Assembly: GCA_951406725.2 (NCBI GenBank)
Contig: OX597827.1
Location: 75,206,001-75,270,000, forward strand
Origin: Octopus vulgaris
Taxonomy: Eukaryota
DNA: 64,000 bases
Direction: 5' to 3'
In this document: one piece after another, positions 25,388 to 38,717 of the stretch
Numbering within the stretch: the stretch's first letter is position 1
How the letters are laid out: each line of letters starts with the position of its first letter
Program-made: the position numbers and the translations under genes
The notes under the pieces: generated by a model
Told to the model about the DNA's origin: nothing
What the model saw: the letters and a program-made list of their open reading frames with translations, nothing else
Database searches by the model: none

Positions 25388-25451
25388 GTTCACATCCACC
25401 TGATGATGATCGGATATCAAGCTGATCGAAACGTTATATAGATGTATAAAC
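25388..25451 (+). ncRNA. Type I hammerhead motif
   Basis: ACATCcac-CTGATGA-tGATCGG-atatcaag-CTGATC-GAAAC-GTT-atata-GATGT. Confidence 0.65.
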
Positions 25452-25614
25452 GTTTGTTTAATGAAATAATTAATTCGTACGAAATATTAAAGCTTTCCAT
25501 TTAACGAAGTAACTGACTTCAGGTTTGGTTTTAGTTTTTTTTTTTGTTTTTTTTTGCATATACATACGTATACACATATATATACTTGTACATACATATA
25601 CATTTAAATCCATC

Positions 25615-25743
25615 AATCCATACATACATACATACATACGTACTTACATACACACATACATGCATGCATACATACATACATACATACATACATACATACA
25701 TACATACATACATACATACATACATACATACATACATACATAC

Positions 25744-25774
<31 letters not shown>

Positions 25775-25915
25775 CATACATACATACATACATACATACA
25801 TACATACATACATACATACATACATACATACATACATACATACATACATACATACATACATACATACATACATACATACATACATACATACGTACATACA
25901 TACATACATACATAC

Positions 25916-25946
<31 letters not shown>

Positions 25947-26085
25947 CATACATACATACATAACATACATACATACATATATACATACATACATACATAT
26001 ATACATACATACATAACATACATACATACATATATACATACATACATACATACATAAATACATACATGCATACATACATACATAC

Positions 26086-26116
<31 letters not shown>

Positions 26117-26565
26117 CGTACTTACGTACATACATACATACATACATACTTACATAAATACATGCAACATACATACATACATACATACATACATACATAC
26201 ATACATACATACATACATACATACATAACATACATACATACATATACATACATACATACATACATACATACATACATAACATACATACATACATATATAC
26301 ATACATACATACATAAATACATACATACATACATACTTACATACATACATGCAACATACATACATACATACATACATACATACTTACATACATACGTACT
26401 TACGTACATACATACATACATACATACTTACATACATACATGCAACATACATACATACATACATACTTACATACATACGTACATACATACATACATACAT
26501 ACATACATACATACATACATACATACATACATACAAACACACACACACATACATACTTACATACA
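25615..26565. repeat. (CATA)n microsatellite, about 950 bp
   Basis: Direct inspection. Confidence 0.95.
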
Positions 26566-26956
26566 AGGGAAAGGCAGAGAGGGGGTGAGGGTTGATGCTG
26601 TTAAAGTTAGTCAGGATGGAAAGTTGTTAGCCGTTGTTGAATTCAGTCGAACAAGTAATGAAATATGACAAGTTGTAATCTATATGGTGTGTGTGTGTAT
26701 AGATATGTGGGTGTATAGATATATGAGGGTATAGATATGTGGGTGTGCGTGTGTAGATACATGGAGTATGTGTGGAAGTATGACGTGTATATAGGTACAC
26801 GTTGTAAAATATGCAATATTTATTCTATGGTATATGGAGCATTCTTTCCATCTCAGATTTCACTTTTCCAAACTGGCCCGGATATTTACCAAATTCGGTA
26901 GAGATACGCAAAGAAGGGAAGGTTCCATTCGCTGCAGAAAGTATTCATAACAATAT

Positions 26957-27181
26957 TACTCTTTTACTCTTTTAGTCTTTTACTTGTTTCAGTCATTTGA
27001 CTGCAGCCATGCTGGAGCACCGCCTTTTAGTCGAGCAAACTCGACCCCGGGACTTATTCTTTATAAGCCCAGTACTTTATTCTATCGGTCTCTTTTTTTG
27101 CCGAACCGCTAAGTGGCGGGGACGTAAACACACCAGCATCGGTTGTCAAGCAATGCTGGGGGGACAAACACAGACACACAA

Positions 27182-27232
<51 letters not shown>

Positions 27233-27392
27233 TACGACAGGCTTCTTTCAGTTTCCGTCTACCAAATCCACTCACAAGGCATTGGTCGGCCCGGGGCTAT
27301 AGCAGAAGACACTTGCCCAAGATGCCACACAGTGGGACTGAACCCGGAACCATGTGGTTGGTTAGCAAGCTACTTACCACACAGCCACTCCT
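26957..27392 (-). mobile_element. tRNA-derived SINE family B (ggagtggctgtgtggtaag...gggttcagtccc; internal microsatellite; gagtaaaa tail)
   Basis: Near full-length. Homologous to 34724-35121, 55460-55900, 59184-59565 and 59992-60470. Confidence 0.85.
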
Positions 27393-27574
27393 TTTTTTTT
27401 TTTTTTTTTTTACATAGGCAACAGGCCTGAAATTTTATGGGTTGGAGAGGGAACAGTCGAATATATGGATCCCTGTTATTTGTTTAGCATTATATTTTAT
27501 CGATCCCGGAAAGATAAAAGGTAAAGTTGGCTGCGGTGGGGGTTTGAACTCAGATCTTAGGACCGTAATTAAAT

Positions 27575-27766
27575 ACCTATTTCTTTATTACCCACAAGGG
27601 GCTAAACATAGAGGGGACAAACAAGGACAGACATAGGTATTAAGTCGATTACATCGACCCCCAGTGCGTAACTGGTACTTAATTTATCGACCCCGAAAGG
27701 ATGAAAGGCAAAGTCGACCTCGGCGGAATTTGAACTCAGAACGTAACGGCAGACGAAATACCGCTA
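27575..27766 (-). mobile_element. SINE family C, joined to an older decayed copy at 27410-27575
   Basis: Matches the family C core. Confidence 0.8.
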
Positions 27767-28782
27767 CCGCAAGGCTTGTACACGATTTATGCCAACAATA
27801 ACAAGAACCATACGGGGATCAGCTGATCCTAAGAGAGTGAGGGAGAGAAAGAAAGAAGGGGTCGGAAGGAAGGAAGGAACGCCTGTAGGGACTGATCTCC
27901 AAGCAACTAATTGGATGCCTTGACTGCATTTTCTCTTTATTATTATATACCTCAGATACACACACCCCCCCACCTTTCTCTTTCGCTCTTTCCCTTGTCC
28001 TTTCTCTCCTTTGGCTGTTATTTCTAGTATAATAGGCAACCACTGAGTGACCCCCTTCTTGGATATTAAATCTAGCATTGCGCAACCGCGTTGTGGTCTT
28101 TCTTTTGCCTATTATTTCTAGCATTTTGAGTGACAGCGTAAATGCCTACTTCTTGGCTGTTGTTTCTTGCGTGTTGAGCGACCACATAGAGACACTTCAC
28201 TGGTTCGCGCATATTTGTTGCCGGGTGTATAAAAGTTTGTTACGAACAAATAACAACAACAGGGTGTGGCAGGATAGGTGGGTAGGTGTGCGGGTGGATG
28301 GATGGATGGATGACAGGGATGGATAGCGATAATGAGGGGCAGATGGAAGAACGCACAGACAGATGGTTAAGCTGATGAGTAGGTGAGTCGGCGAAAGGCA
28401 AGGATAGCATAATACAAGGCAAGATGATAGGATGCGAGTCGGGGTCTGTTTAGCTGCCCTTTTCTAGCAGGTCGTGGCACTAGGTAAAAAGGCGCAACCC
28501 ACCAGGGGCGAAGGAAGAGTCGGATTATGTTAACAACAAGCATTTCTCAAAATAAACACCCAACGTGAAATGGAAAGAAGCTGCAATGAAAGAAGAATCT
28601 TGTCCGCTGACTCAGCCGGGCCGGCATCAGATTTGGGATGCTCGCCTCATTTTTGTGTTTCGAAAGTATTTTTTAATGAAAGATTATTTTGATAACCAAA
28701 TAAGGAAGTTTCTATTTTATACTTTATATATATCTTACCTATAGTCTTACAAACGCCAGGATCATTGGGTGTATTATGTGTT

Positions 28783-28864
28783 TAGATAGACAGACAGGCA
28801 GATGGATAGATATGTAGATAGACAGATAGATAGGTAGATAGATAGATAGATGGATGGATGGATG

Positions 28865-28927
<63 letters not shown>

Positions 28928-28944
28928 GGATGGATGGATGGATG

Positions 28945-28979
<35 letters not shown>

Positions 28980-28984
28980 GGATG

Positions 28985-29015
<31 letters not shown>

Positions 29016-29119
29016 GGATGGATAGATAGATATATAGATAGATAGATAGATAGATAGATAGATGGATGGATGGATAGATAGATATATAGATAGATAGATA
29101 GATGGATGGATAGATAGAT

Positions 29120-29150
<31 letters not shown>

Positions 29151-29232
29151 TGGATGGATAGATAGATAGATAGATGGATAGATAGATAGACGGATAGATA
29201 GACAGACAGACAGACAGACAGATAGATAGATA
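28783..29232. repeat. (GATA/GATG)n microsatellite
   Basis: Direct inspection. Confidence 0.95.
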
Positions 29233-29691
29233 TACACACATTCATAGTTACATTTATATATATTTATACACACACACACACACATATATTTACATATATA
29301 CATGTATATATATACATACATACATATGTGTATATATACATTTACATACATACATGTATATATATAAAAGTGTGTATTGTGTGTGTGGGTGGGGTGATAA
29401 CCATAAAAGGAAGTTTCTATTTTATACTCTATATCTTACCTACAGTTTAATTACACACCCGTGTGTGTATGTATATGTGCCTACACACACACACACTCTC
29501 GCATATATATTACATATATATTATATATATATATATAATAAAACTTTACATATATAAATATAAATAACGTGAAATACACGAAGGGACGAACAAAAAAACA
29601 GACGGGTATATATATATATGTATGTATGTATGTATATGTATATATAATGTGTGTATATATATACATACATACATATACACACATACATATT

Positions 29692-29864
<173 letters not shown>

Positions 29865-29871
29865 CCTATTT

Positions 29872-29926
29872 GTCTCTGATGATGGAATATCCCTTACTCG
29901 GGGATATTTCAGAAACAACTGTAAGA
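29872..29926 (+). ncRNA. Canonical type I hammerhead ribozyme motif
   Basis: GTCT-CTGATGA-TGGAATATCCC-ttactc-GGGATATTTCA-GAAAC-aact-GTA-AGAC: 4-bp stem I, 11-bp stem II, GUA cleavage triplet. Confidence 0.8.
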
Positions 29927-31247
29927 CTTTGAATTTTTTCCAATAATGATATTTTATGCGATTTGAGACGTTTGCCTTGTCTTAATACTTGTTGTCCTTT
30001 TACGGCACTAAAAGAGAATGACTCTCTCCAGAAAGCAAAATGTGTGTGTGTGTAATATAATTTTTTTTCTGAAACTTCAGACTTTTAAATATGCTAGACC
30101 ACTGGTTTTTAAATTGGTGCTTGTGGTGGTAGTGGTAGTGATGCTTCAGATGATAATAATGATGTCGACGACGACGATGATGATGATGATGATGATGATG
30201 ATGTAGCGCCAGTGGTGATAGTGGCAAAGGTTGTTGTATTGTAAGGAAATTGTAGTGATAAGGATATGGTGGTGATGGTGGTGGTGTGGATGCTAGTGGT
30301 GGTGGTGGTGGTGGTTGCCGTTGTTGTTGTTGTTGTTGTTGTTTAGCCCCAGGACATTCCAGCTGCGACCATTCTGTCTATCTTACTGTAAGAGGGAACC
30401 CAGGATCACATTATCCGTCTCAAGTCTTCTTTTTTTTTTTTCTTTAAAGACAGAAAGATAACTTTTGAAATTTGGCTGCTATTTCTAGCCAGATGAACAA
30501 CCACGCAGAGACTCCATGTTTATTGTTCTTTCTTTTTTTTGTTCTTTTTGTGGAAGCAACAGTGGCAGCGACATGACGGTGGGGGGGTAACTGATAATGG
30601 CAGTGGTAGTGATAGCGGTAGTGGCCGTGGTGGTGGTTGTAGTGGTAGGCACGGCAGCAGCAGCAGTAGTAGTAGTAGTAGTTGTAGTTGTAGTAGTAGT
30701 AGTAGTAGTAATTGTTGTTGTAGTAGTAGTAGTGGTGGTGGTGATGGTGATGGTAATAATGATGATGGTGATGATGATGGAGGCGGTGGCGTTGGATGTG
30801 GTAGTGGGTTACTGTGCAAACAAGGTGTAGGTGTGATAAGTAAGAAGGTATGAAGCCAACGGGAACGGGGGTGCCACAACCTGGGGAGGGGGGGATGGTC
30901 GGTGGGGGGGTAGAGAACGGCAGGGGTGCGGGGTAGTTTCAGCTCTGCCAAGAAACAACGAGAGTGGCATAGGAGTAGCTGGTGGGGAGGGTGTAGACGA
31001 GGCCGACGGGGGGTGGGGCATGAGGTGCTGAAGTAAAGGGTGAGGGGAGGGAGATGGGGAGGCAGAAAATACTTCTTTCTACCTGCTTCATCTTTCCTGT
31101 TTCCTTATCTTCTCTTCCTAGTCATGACGTTTAGCACACACACACACACACATACAAGCACACACGCGTATGTGTATTGGTACAGAAATATGTATACGTG
31201 TATGAGAACAGATCGATCGATGGGTCGGTCGATCGATAGATAGATAC

Positions 31248-31367
<120 letters not shown>

Positions 31368-31596
31368 GTAGGTAGGTAGGTAGGTAGGTAGATAGTCATT
31401 TAGTTATTTCGGTCATTAGCCTGCGACCATGCTGGGGCACCGCCTTGAAAGATTTCAGTCTAACGAATCGATCCCAATATCCATTTTACAGGGTATTTTT
31501 TTTTTATGCCGAACCGCAAAGTTGCGTAAACGTAAACAAACGAACGCCGTTTGTCAAGCAGTAATAGGAATCAAACACACACACACACACTTTTTC

Positions 31597-31900
31597 TGAA
31601 TTCAGTCCCACTGCGTGGCACCTTGGGCAAGTGTCTTCTGCTATAGCCTCGGGCCGACCTAAGCCTTGTGAGTGGATTTGGTAGACGGAAACTGAAAGAA
31701 GCCCGTTGTAGATAGATAGATGATAGACAGACAGGCAGGCAGGCAGACAGATAGAAAGTTAGATAGATAGATAGATAGATAGATATGTCTTTATGCCTGT
31801 GTTTGAACCTCACCATCGCTTGACAACCGGTGTTGGTGTGTTTACGTCACTGTAACGTAGCGGTTCGACAAAAGTGACGGACAGAATCAGTACTAGGCTT
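31597..31900 (+). mobile_element. SINE family B fragment
   Basis: ttcagtcccactgcgtggcaccttgggcaagtgtcttc...gtactaggctt. Confidence 0.8.
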
Positions 31901-33200
31901 GATGTGGAATATGTCTGCAGTTTACTGAGATATAAAGCTGAAGCGGCGAATTTCTCTAGATTAGTCGCGATCGGGTTTTGTGTTAAATGTGTATACAAGT
32001 GGTTTATGATCCATTTAGACAGCCAAAACCGGAACCATCTGGCAAGTGTCGAAAATGCTTGACAGTCAGGTGTGCTGCCTATAATACCCGTCCGAAAATG
32101 CAGTATCTCGATTCAGCGGGTTGCAATCGCTTGGAGAAGAAAGACAACCGTTACCAAATGTCATTGACTAACTGCTGTAACGCAGCTCTGACTCCGACAT
32201 CGGATGCATCAACCAACAAACAAAGATGACCCTCAGGTCTCAGTCTTTGGGTTCAGAAAAAGAGTTGAACTTGTTTACATTTAGGGTTGTTGGCTGGTTT
32301 TTCTTAGCTCGGTGTCGAAGAAGTTTCTGAGAGTAGTTGAGTGGTTTGTGTACAGTGACGAAAGAAACTGCGATGAAAATTTGTCAAGTCCAAAACTTCA
32401 CACAGTTTCTGCAGCGATGTAGGTGATGGAAAATTTACAATGGTCTTCACTTTCTTGAGGAATGGACAGATTCCTTCCTTGTCGATGATAGTGTCCGAGG
32501 AACAGGACCGGCCCTAGGGTTGCTGGCGCCCCGGGCAAGTTGAACTTTGGCGTGTATAAGCTGACAGTTGTGGAAATTGCCTTGTCCTTGTCACGCCCTG
32601 GAACATGGCACCCCGGGCGACTACCCGAGTTACCGGTACCCTGAGCCGACCCTGCCGAAGAATAACAAAGCTGTAACTCCGAATACACATTTGCTGGATT
32701 TTATAACGATGCTGCATTCAGTCAATCGTTGGGAAAAGAGATGCAGATGTTTTCTTGTTCTTTTTCGGAATTACTTGCTACCTGTAAATAACCGATAAAC
32801 ACATAACCCCCGTATCACAGAACCGATAAAACACGGGAACGTCTGCACGACGTTGCGTAGGCCAAAAGGCACCCGAAGAAATTCAAAACAATCCGGAAGG
32901 TATAGTGGTTGGTGTTTGCGGATTATCCGCCGGCCTGACAGGGATTTCGATCTTCGCAAATATAGGAGTTCCATGAAAGGAAACAGAAAAATTGTGAAAC
33001 TGAGGGATTGTATCGAATCGGGTAATGTGTAGTTGTTGAGGACGCCTATTGTCAGCGGTTTTCTTCATGACTAAATGTAGTGGCGATGCCCAGCACTGAA
33101 AGTTTGGACGTTTCGCTACGAATACGTTTGTGATACGTCTAATGCGATCGAAGATAGTAAAATTAGGTAATGGGTGTACATGCATATTTCAAGAATCATT
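31900..33200 (-). mobile_element. Ty3/Gypsy LTR retrotransposon pol remnant (RT and RNaseH)
   Basis: WASPLHLVMKK, FEFLRVPFGLRNVVQTF, FLGH, DASDVGVRAALQQ...LSFFSKRLQPAESRY. Multiple frameshifts and stops. Confidence 0.85.
32503..32654. mobile_element. hAT-type MITE inserted in the Gypsy remnant
   Basis: Termini caggaccggc and gccgaccctg; 8-bp TSD ccgaggaa (32495-32502) and ccgaagaa (32655-32662). Confidence 0.75.
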
Positions 33201-33274
33201 GCTCTTTCATCAGTATCACATCCAATCCATGAACTATTCACGAACGCATTGCTTAAATACCGAATAGTTTAGCT

Positions 33275-33495
33275 GATTTCTTTACTACCCACAAGGGGCT
33301 AAACACAGAGGAGACAAACAAGGACAGACAAACGGATTAAGTCGATTACATCGACCCCAGTGCGTAAATGGTACTTAATTTATCGAAAGGCAAAGTCGAC
33401 CTCGGCGGAATTTGAACCCAGAACGTAACGGCAGACGAAATACGGCTACGCATTTCGCCCCGCGTGCTAACGTTTCTGCCAGCTCGCCGCCTAAT
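33275..33495 (-). mobile_element. SINE family C, full length
   Basis: 19-bp TSD aataccgaatagtttagct at 33256-33274 and 33496-33514. Confidence 0.9.
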
Positions 33496-33822
33496 AATAC
33501 CGAATAGTTTAGCTATGTAACACAACTGGATACACTGATTTACATATTAAACACATTCCTGGCAACTGGTATGTACATATTAATTGCTAACAAGGACGCT
33601 ATTTCGTTTGCAACCATAACATATGCTATCATGTATGTCAAAGGTTCACAAGTCAATATTATATTGTACACAGGCACACTTTTATACACACTTTTATACA
33701 TACATACATACATACATACATACATACATACACACACACACATACATACATACATACACACACACATACATACATACACACACACACACACATACATACA
33801 TACATACATACATACATACATA

Positions 33823-34038
33823 CGAAGGGGTGCTGGAAAGTTTCTGAGTTTAAGGGTGTCGCGAAAGGTCTGGTCGGAGGTCAAACCCTCCGAGTTCTTT
33901 TACAGAGCTTAGAAAAACTGAAGGACTACTGCGATAAGTGTGTGAATCTGAGAGGGGAATATGTTAAACAAAATCATAATTAACTGATCCTTCTGTATTT
34001 TCTTTAACCCAAAACCAAGAACTTTTCAGCAACCCGCG
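33823..34038 (+). mobile_element. Mariner-derived MITE
   Basis: TA flanks; TIRs cgaaggggtgctggaaagtt and aacttttcagcaacccgcg. A second copy lies at 45334-45512 on the minus strand. Confidence 0.7.
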
Positions 34039-34723
34039 TACGTAGACACACGCATGCAAACAATCTTACATCTCTGTCCTTCACACATCCAGTATTGAGA
34101 GTCGAATAGCTGGGCAAATTTACAGAGGTAAATGATTAAAGAGACCAGTTTGAATAATATAGGGTAGACAGCGACAACAACATCAACAACAACAACAACA
34201 ACCACGACAACGAAACCAGCTGTTACACTCTACATCAGGATAACATTTAAGATGAAAAGTTATTGGTTTGGATAAATACTTATGTCTGGAACACTTCAAA
34301 ACACACAACTGCATCATTCTCCCTGTTATCAACGACTGTGACATTTAGAAACTTAAGGAGAAATAAATAAAAAACAAATCTGACATTTCGTGGTGGTGGT
34401 GGTGGTGGTGGTGGTAGTGAAGGTGGTGGTGGCGGCAAAGGCAGTGGTAGCAGCCGTAGCAATGGAGGCGGCGGCGGCGGTGGTGGTGGTGGTGGAACTG
34501 TTGTGGGCGATTGTGATGGTGATGATGGTTTTTGTCATTAACTCCTGATCGGTCCTGTTCGACTTCTATTCAGTTTAATAATATACCATTTAATTCCTGA
34601 AATTGACTTTCTCATCAAAAGCATTCCGCCCATCAACATCTTATCTTTTTCTTTCCTATATGCTGGGAACCAAGGACAATATCCATACTGGCTTTTTTTT
34701 TTTTTTTTTTTTTTTCAAAACAA

Positions 34724-34938
34724 TACTCTTTTACTTGTTTCAGTCATTTGACTGCGGCCATGCTGGAGCACCGCCTTTAGTCGAGCAAATCGACCCCGGG
34801 ACTTATTCTTTGTAAGCCCAGTACTTATTCTATCGGTCTCTTTTGCCGAACCGCTAAGTGACGGGGACGTAAACACACCAGCATCGGTTGTCAAGCAATG
34901 CTAGGGGGACAAACACAGACACACAAACACACACACAT

Positions 34939-34989
<51 letters not shown>

Positions 34990-35121
34990 TACGACAGGCT
35001 TCTTTCAGTTCGGCCCGGGGCTATAGCAGAAGACACTTGCCCAAGATGCCACGCAGTGGGACTGAACCCGGAACCATGTGGTTGGTTAGCAAGCTACTTA
35101 CCACACAGCCACTCCTGCGCC
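34724..35121 (-). mobile_element. SINE family B
   Basis: Highly similar to 26957-27392. Confidence 0.85.
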
Positions 35122-35335
35122 TGAGTATGATTTGAGGGAGATTTAGTTGCAGTTTCAAACACATCTAGTGACGATGTGAAGGCTGCCTCAGTTGCCTGTA
35201 ATAGCCAAATGGGTAAAGGTGTTACGCTAGAAATTCAGTGGTTGTGGACATGAAAGTTGTGGTGAGAGGATCTATCCCTGCTGGCATTCTTATCTAACTG
35301 TTTTGCTCTTTTTTGTCTGCTTCAAAAGTCTAGGC

Positions 35336-35653
35336 CAGTGGTTTTCAACCAGGGTTCCGCCAGTACAGTCCAGGGGTTCCGCAAGAAGTTACAAAACTGC
35401 TAAAATCGGCAGTAATTTTTAATTCTCCTGTGCAGATATGTGTGCATAAGACCAGTGCTTTTCAACCTTTTTGCTGGAGCGGAACCCCAAGGAAACATTC
35501 CACTGGCTCGGGGAACCCCTGTGCCATAATTTAATAGTCTTATACACACATATCTGCACAGGAGAATTAAAAATTACTGCCGATTTTAGCAGTTTTGTAA
35601 CTTCTTGCGGAACCCCTGGACTGTACTGGCGGAACCCTGGTTGAAAACCACTG
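35336..35653. mobile_element. hAT-type non-autonomous element forming a fold-back with 117-bp arms
   Basis: cagtggttttcaacc and ggttgaaaaccactg termini, with a third internal TIR cagtgcttttcaacc at 35453. Arms are 35336-35452 and 35537-35653. Confidence 0.8.
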
Positions 35654-35724
35654 TTCTATTTACTTAAAGAACAACATATTTTCATTTCATCTTAATGAGG
35701 CTTTCAACTGTAAAATTATCAACA

Positions 35725-36610
35725 TACGACGAGGTACCCGAAAGAAACGGGAATTTTGCAGTATTATTTTCTTCACTTTTACATGTTTACGCTTTTGTCG
35801 CCTTCAGAGTATTCTCAATTTGAAGCAATGCATCCGTCCAGACGCGTTTTCCACAGTTCGAAACAGTGCTGGAACTCTTGCGAACTGGAACTCTTTTAAC
35901 GCCTCTGTCGTCTTTTTTCTTCATCTCTTCCACATCTGCAAATTCCGTAGTACCAGCTTTCGTCACCAGTGATGACCCTCGAAAAAAGGTTCGGATCAAC
36001 TTCCAACCGTTGTTTCAGTTCACGACACGCATTCAGCCGTGACTGCTTTTGATCTTCCGTGAGCAAGCGAGGTACAAATTTTGCTGCAACTCTTTTTCAT
36101 TCGCAATCCCTCGTTCAAAATTCGTTAATAGGAGCTCCAGGACACACCAGTCATATCAACAAGTTCGTCAGTTGTTGGGTGATGGTCCTCCAAGATCAGT
36201 TCATGAAGTTTCATGATGTTTTCATTCGTTCGGGAGGTCGACGGTCGCCCTGAAAGAAGCTGGTCTTCAAGCAACAAGGGACCATTCCTAAAGCGTGGAA
36301 ACCACTCGTAACCTTGTGTTTTACTCATGGCAACGTCTTTGTAAGTTGTTTGAAGCATGACAACTGTTTTGGCCGCCGTTTTCCCCAGCAGAAAACACAA
36401 TTTCATGGAAGCACGCTGTTCCTTCGTTTCAGTCATCGCAAAAATCGACGAACAGCGGGGAAAGCACTGCAAAGCAAAGACTCACAGCATGGCAGTAGGA
36501 CTACACTCGACGACGCCAGTCGGCATACTGATGCCTGAGGATCGCATCAAGTGGCTTCTAGCAGCAGAAACCCGAACTACAACGGGCTACTTTGGGGTAG
36601 CCCCTCATAT
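35725..36610 (-). mobile_element. Decayed mariner with an internal deletion
   Basis: EQRASMKLCFLLGKTAAKTVVMLQTTY...EWFPRFRNG..LEDQLLSGRPSTS (HTH region), then AKFVPRLL and TGDESW. Confidence 0.85.
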
Positions 36611-36611
36611 T

Positions 36612-36913
36612 ACACATTTCAATTTCTGTATTTTCCAGCATTTATTCAATAGAATCGCCATTGGCTTCAACCACGGTCTCCAGACAACTTCGGGATCTGC
36701 AACTCTTCTGGACGGTCTCCTTGTTTAAGTTGGTTGATGCTTCCGTAATCCTTGCCTTCAGTTCATCTTTGGTGTCACAGGGAGTTTTGTTGGTCCCTCC
36801 CTCAACTGCACTCCACATATAATATTCAACGGGGTTGCAGTCTGGGGTGTTAGGTGGCCAGATGTTAGGGGTGATGTGGTCGCAGAAATTGCCTGACAAC
36901 CATTGCACCCTGT
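36612..36913 (-). mobile_element. Tc1/maT-like transposase C-terminal fragment
   Basis: WPPNTPDCNPVEYYMWSAVE...DELKARI...CLETVVEANGDSIE. Confidence 0.8.
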
Positions 36914-37225
36914 ATGTGTGTGTGTGTGTGTATTAAGGTTATGACTTTTTGATTTTTGGGGAAGTAAACAATTTCCTGTATCAAAAGTCGCTGAACAATT
37001 TCATATAAGTAAGGAAAATAACCTTTATTTTAATTTTTTACAAAAACGTCACCAACTGAAGAAATCTAACACTACTTTTGACCCAAATCATGCAAAATTA
37101 TAGTGGGGTTCATAATGCCTACTCAAGTTTTTTTTTTTTTTTTTTTTTTTTTTGCCAAACATGGAGTGCTTACTTAATGCAATGCAGAAGTGGTATATCT
37201 CAAATTTCAGCTTTCATTGTGTGTG

Positions 37226-37280
<55 letters not shown>

Positions 37281-37493
37281 ACATGTTATTTTTAAACAAA
37301 ACAACCACAGAACCATTTACTTTTTTAAGCTTCATACTTACTCTGGAAATGTCTTTTTGGTTATGAGGATGTAGACAAACCAACATCGGTTATCAAACGG
37401 TATTGGGCGACAAGCGGAAATGCTAAAAAAACACACATGTATAGATTTCTACTTATGAGACAAGCTTCTTTCAGTTTCTGCCTACCAAATCCA

Positions 37494-37546
<53 letters not shown>

Positions 37547-37633
37547 ATATTCGATATCAGTGTCTTTACATCACTGGAAAAGGGATATATATTTGCAGAG
37601 GAAAGCCTACGTTTCATCGACGGCCATGATTGT

Positions 37634-37678
37634 CACACGCTGATGACAGGTCAATACCCAGAAACACAAGTCCGTGTG
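37634..37678 (+). ncRNA. Type I hammerhead motif from a distinct family
   Basis: CACACG-CTGATGA-caGGTcaatACCca-GAAAC-acaa-GTC-CGTGTG: perfect 6-bp stem I and GUC triplet. Confidence 0.7.
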
Positions 37679-37874
37679 TATCATAGGTTGAAGACGGGAA
37701 GGATGGCTTCTCTTTGCAAATACAGGTAGGGCACAGAAAGTGTGTCTATAGCCAGCTGGAGAAGGTGTCCTCCTGGGGCTACAAGCTACAGTAGCATCCA
37801 CCCTTAGGGGTTAGCCATATTTAAATGGCAAATATACTTCACGATGTGTTGCAGCTACTGTTTATACCTTGCTC

Positions 37875-37947
<73 letters not shown>

Positions 37948-38717
37948 CATATATATATGTATATATATATGTGTATATATATATATATATATATGTGTAT
38001 ATATATATGTGTGTGTGTGTGTGCGTTTGTGTGTGTGTATGTGTGTGTGTGCATTCCTCTAAATTTTTACTTGTTTGAGTAATTTGACTGAGGCCATGCT
38101 GGAGCACTGCCATTAGCCAAACAATAATTATTGTGGCATTTACTGTTAAATTAGCAGTTCCATACATGAGCTTCTATTTCATTCATTTGCTTATATTTTG
38201 TTAATTTACTCTGCATACAAAAATACAGATCTACTATATACATACCAGGGGGTAAGCAATTTTGCCTTATTTTTTCAAGTAATTCATTACTATATATTCT
38301 CATGTGACTGCCTAGGTTCACTCTATGTTTCTTATTCTACAGCCACACCAGCAATCCAATGTCAACCCTTTGCCTTCTGCAACATTTCAACAGTTCACTT
38401 CCCTGTTACCATCTCCCATTGCAGCTCATTTCTAAAATGTACCCATTTTATGTAAAATATCTCCATTACACCCCACATTCATTTGACTCTCAACCATATG
38501 ATGGGTCATGTTAGATGCAACACTGACTGCCTCAAAGGCGAGTATATTGACTGACAACTTTTCGGTGGGTTCAGAAATGACATGTCCTGCCAACTCCCAA
38601 TTTTCCATAATAGGTTAGGAACCGGAATCCTCCAAATGGACGTATTACATCTTGCTTAGTTGAATTTGACCATCATTTACTCCACAAATGTTTCGTCCTC
38701 AATGCTGCACTTTCCCA

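Noticed and set aside
28372-28410. CTGATGA...GAAA hammerhead-like spacing
   Set aside because: No stem I and poor stem II pairing; likely chance.
33171-33220. Minus-strand CTGATGA-aagagcaatgattctt-GAAA-tatgcatg-TA
   Set aside because: Stem II and III are plausible but stem I does not close, and it lies at the edge of a Gypsy remnant.
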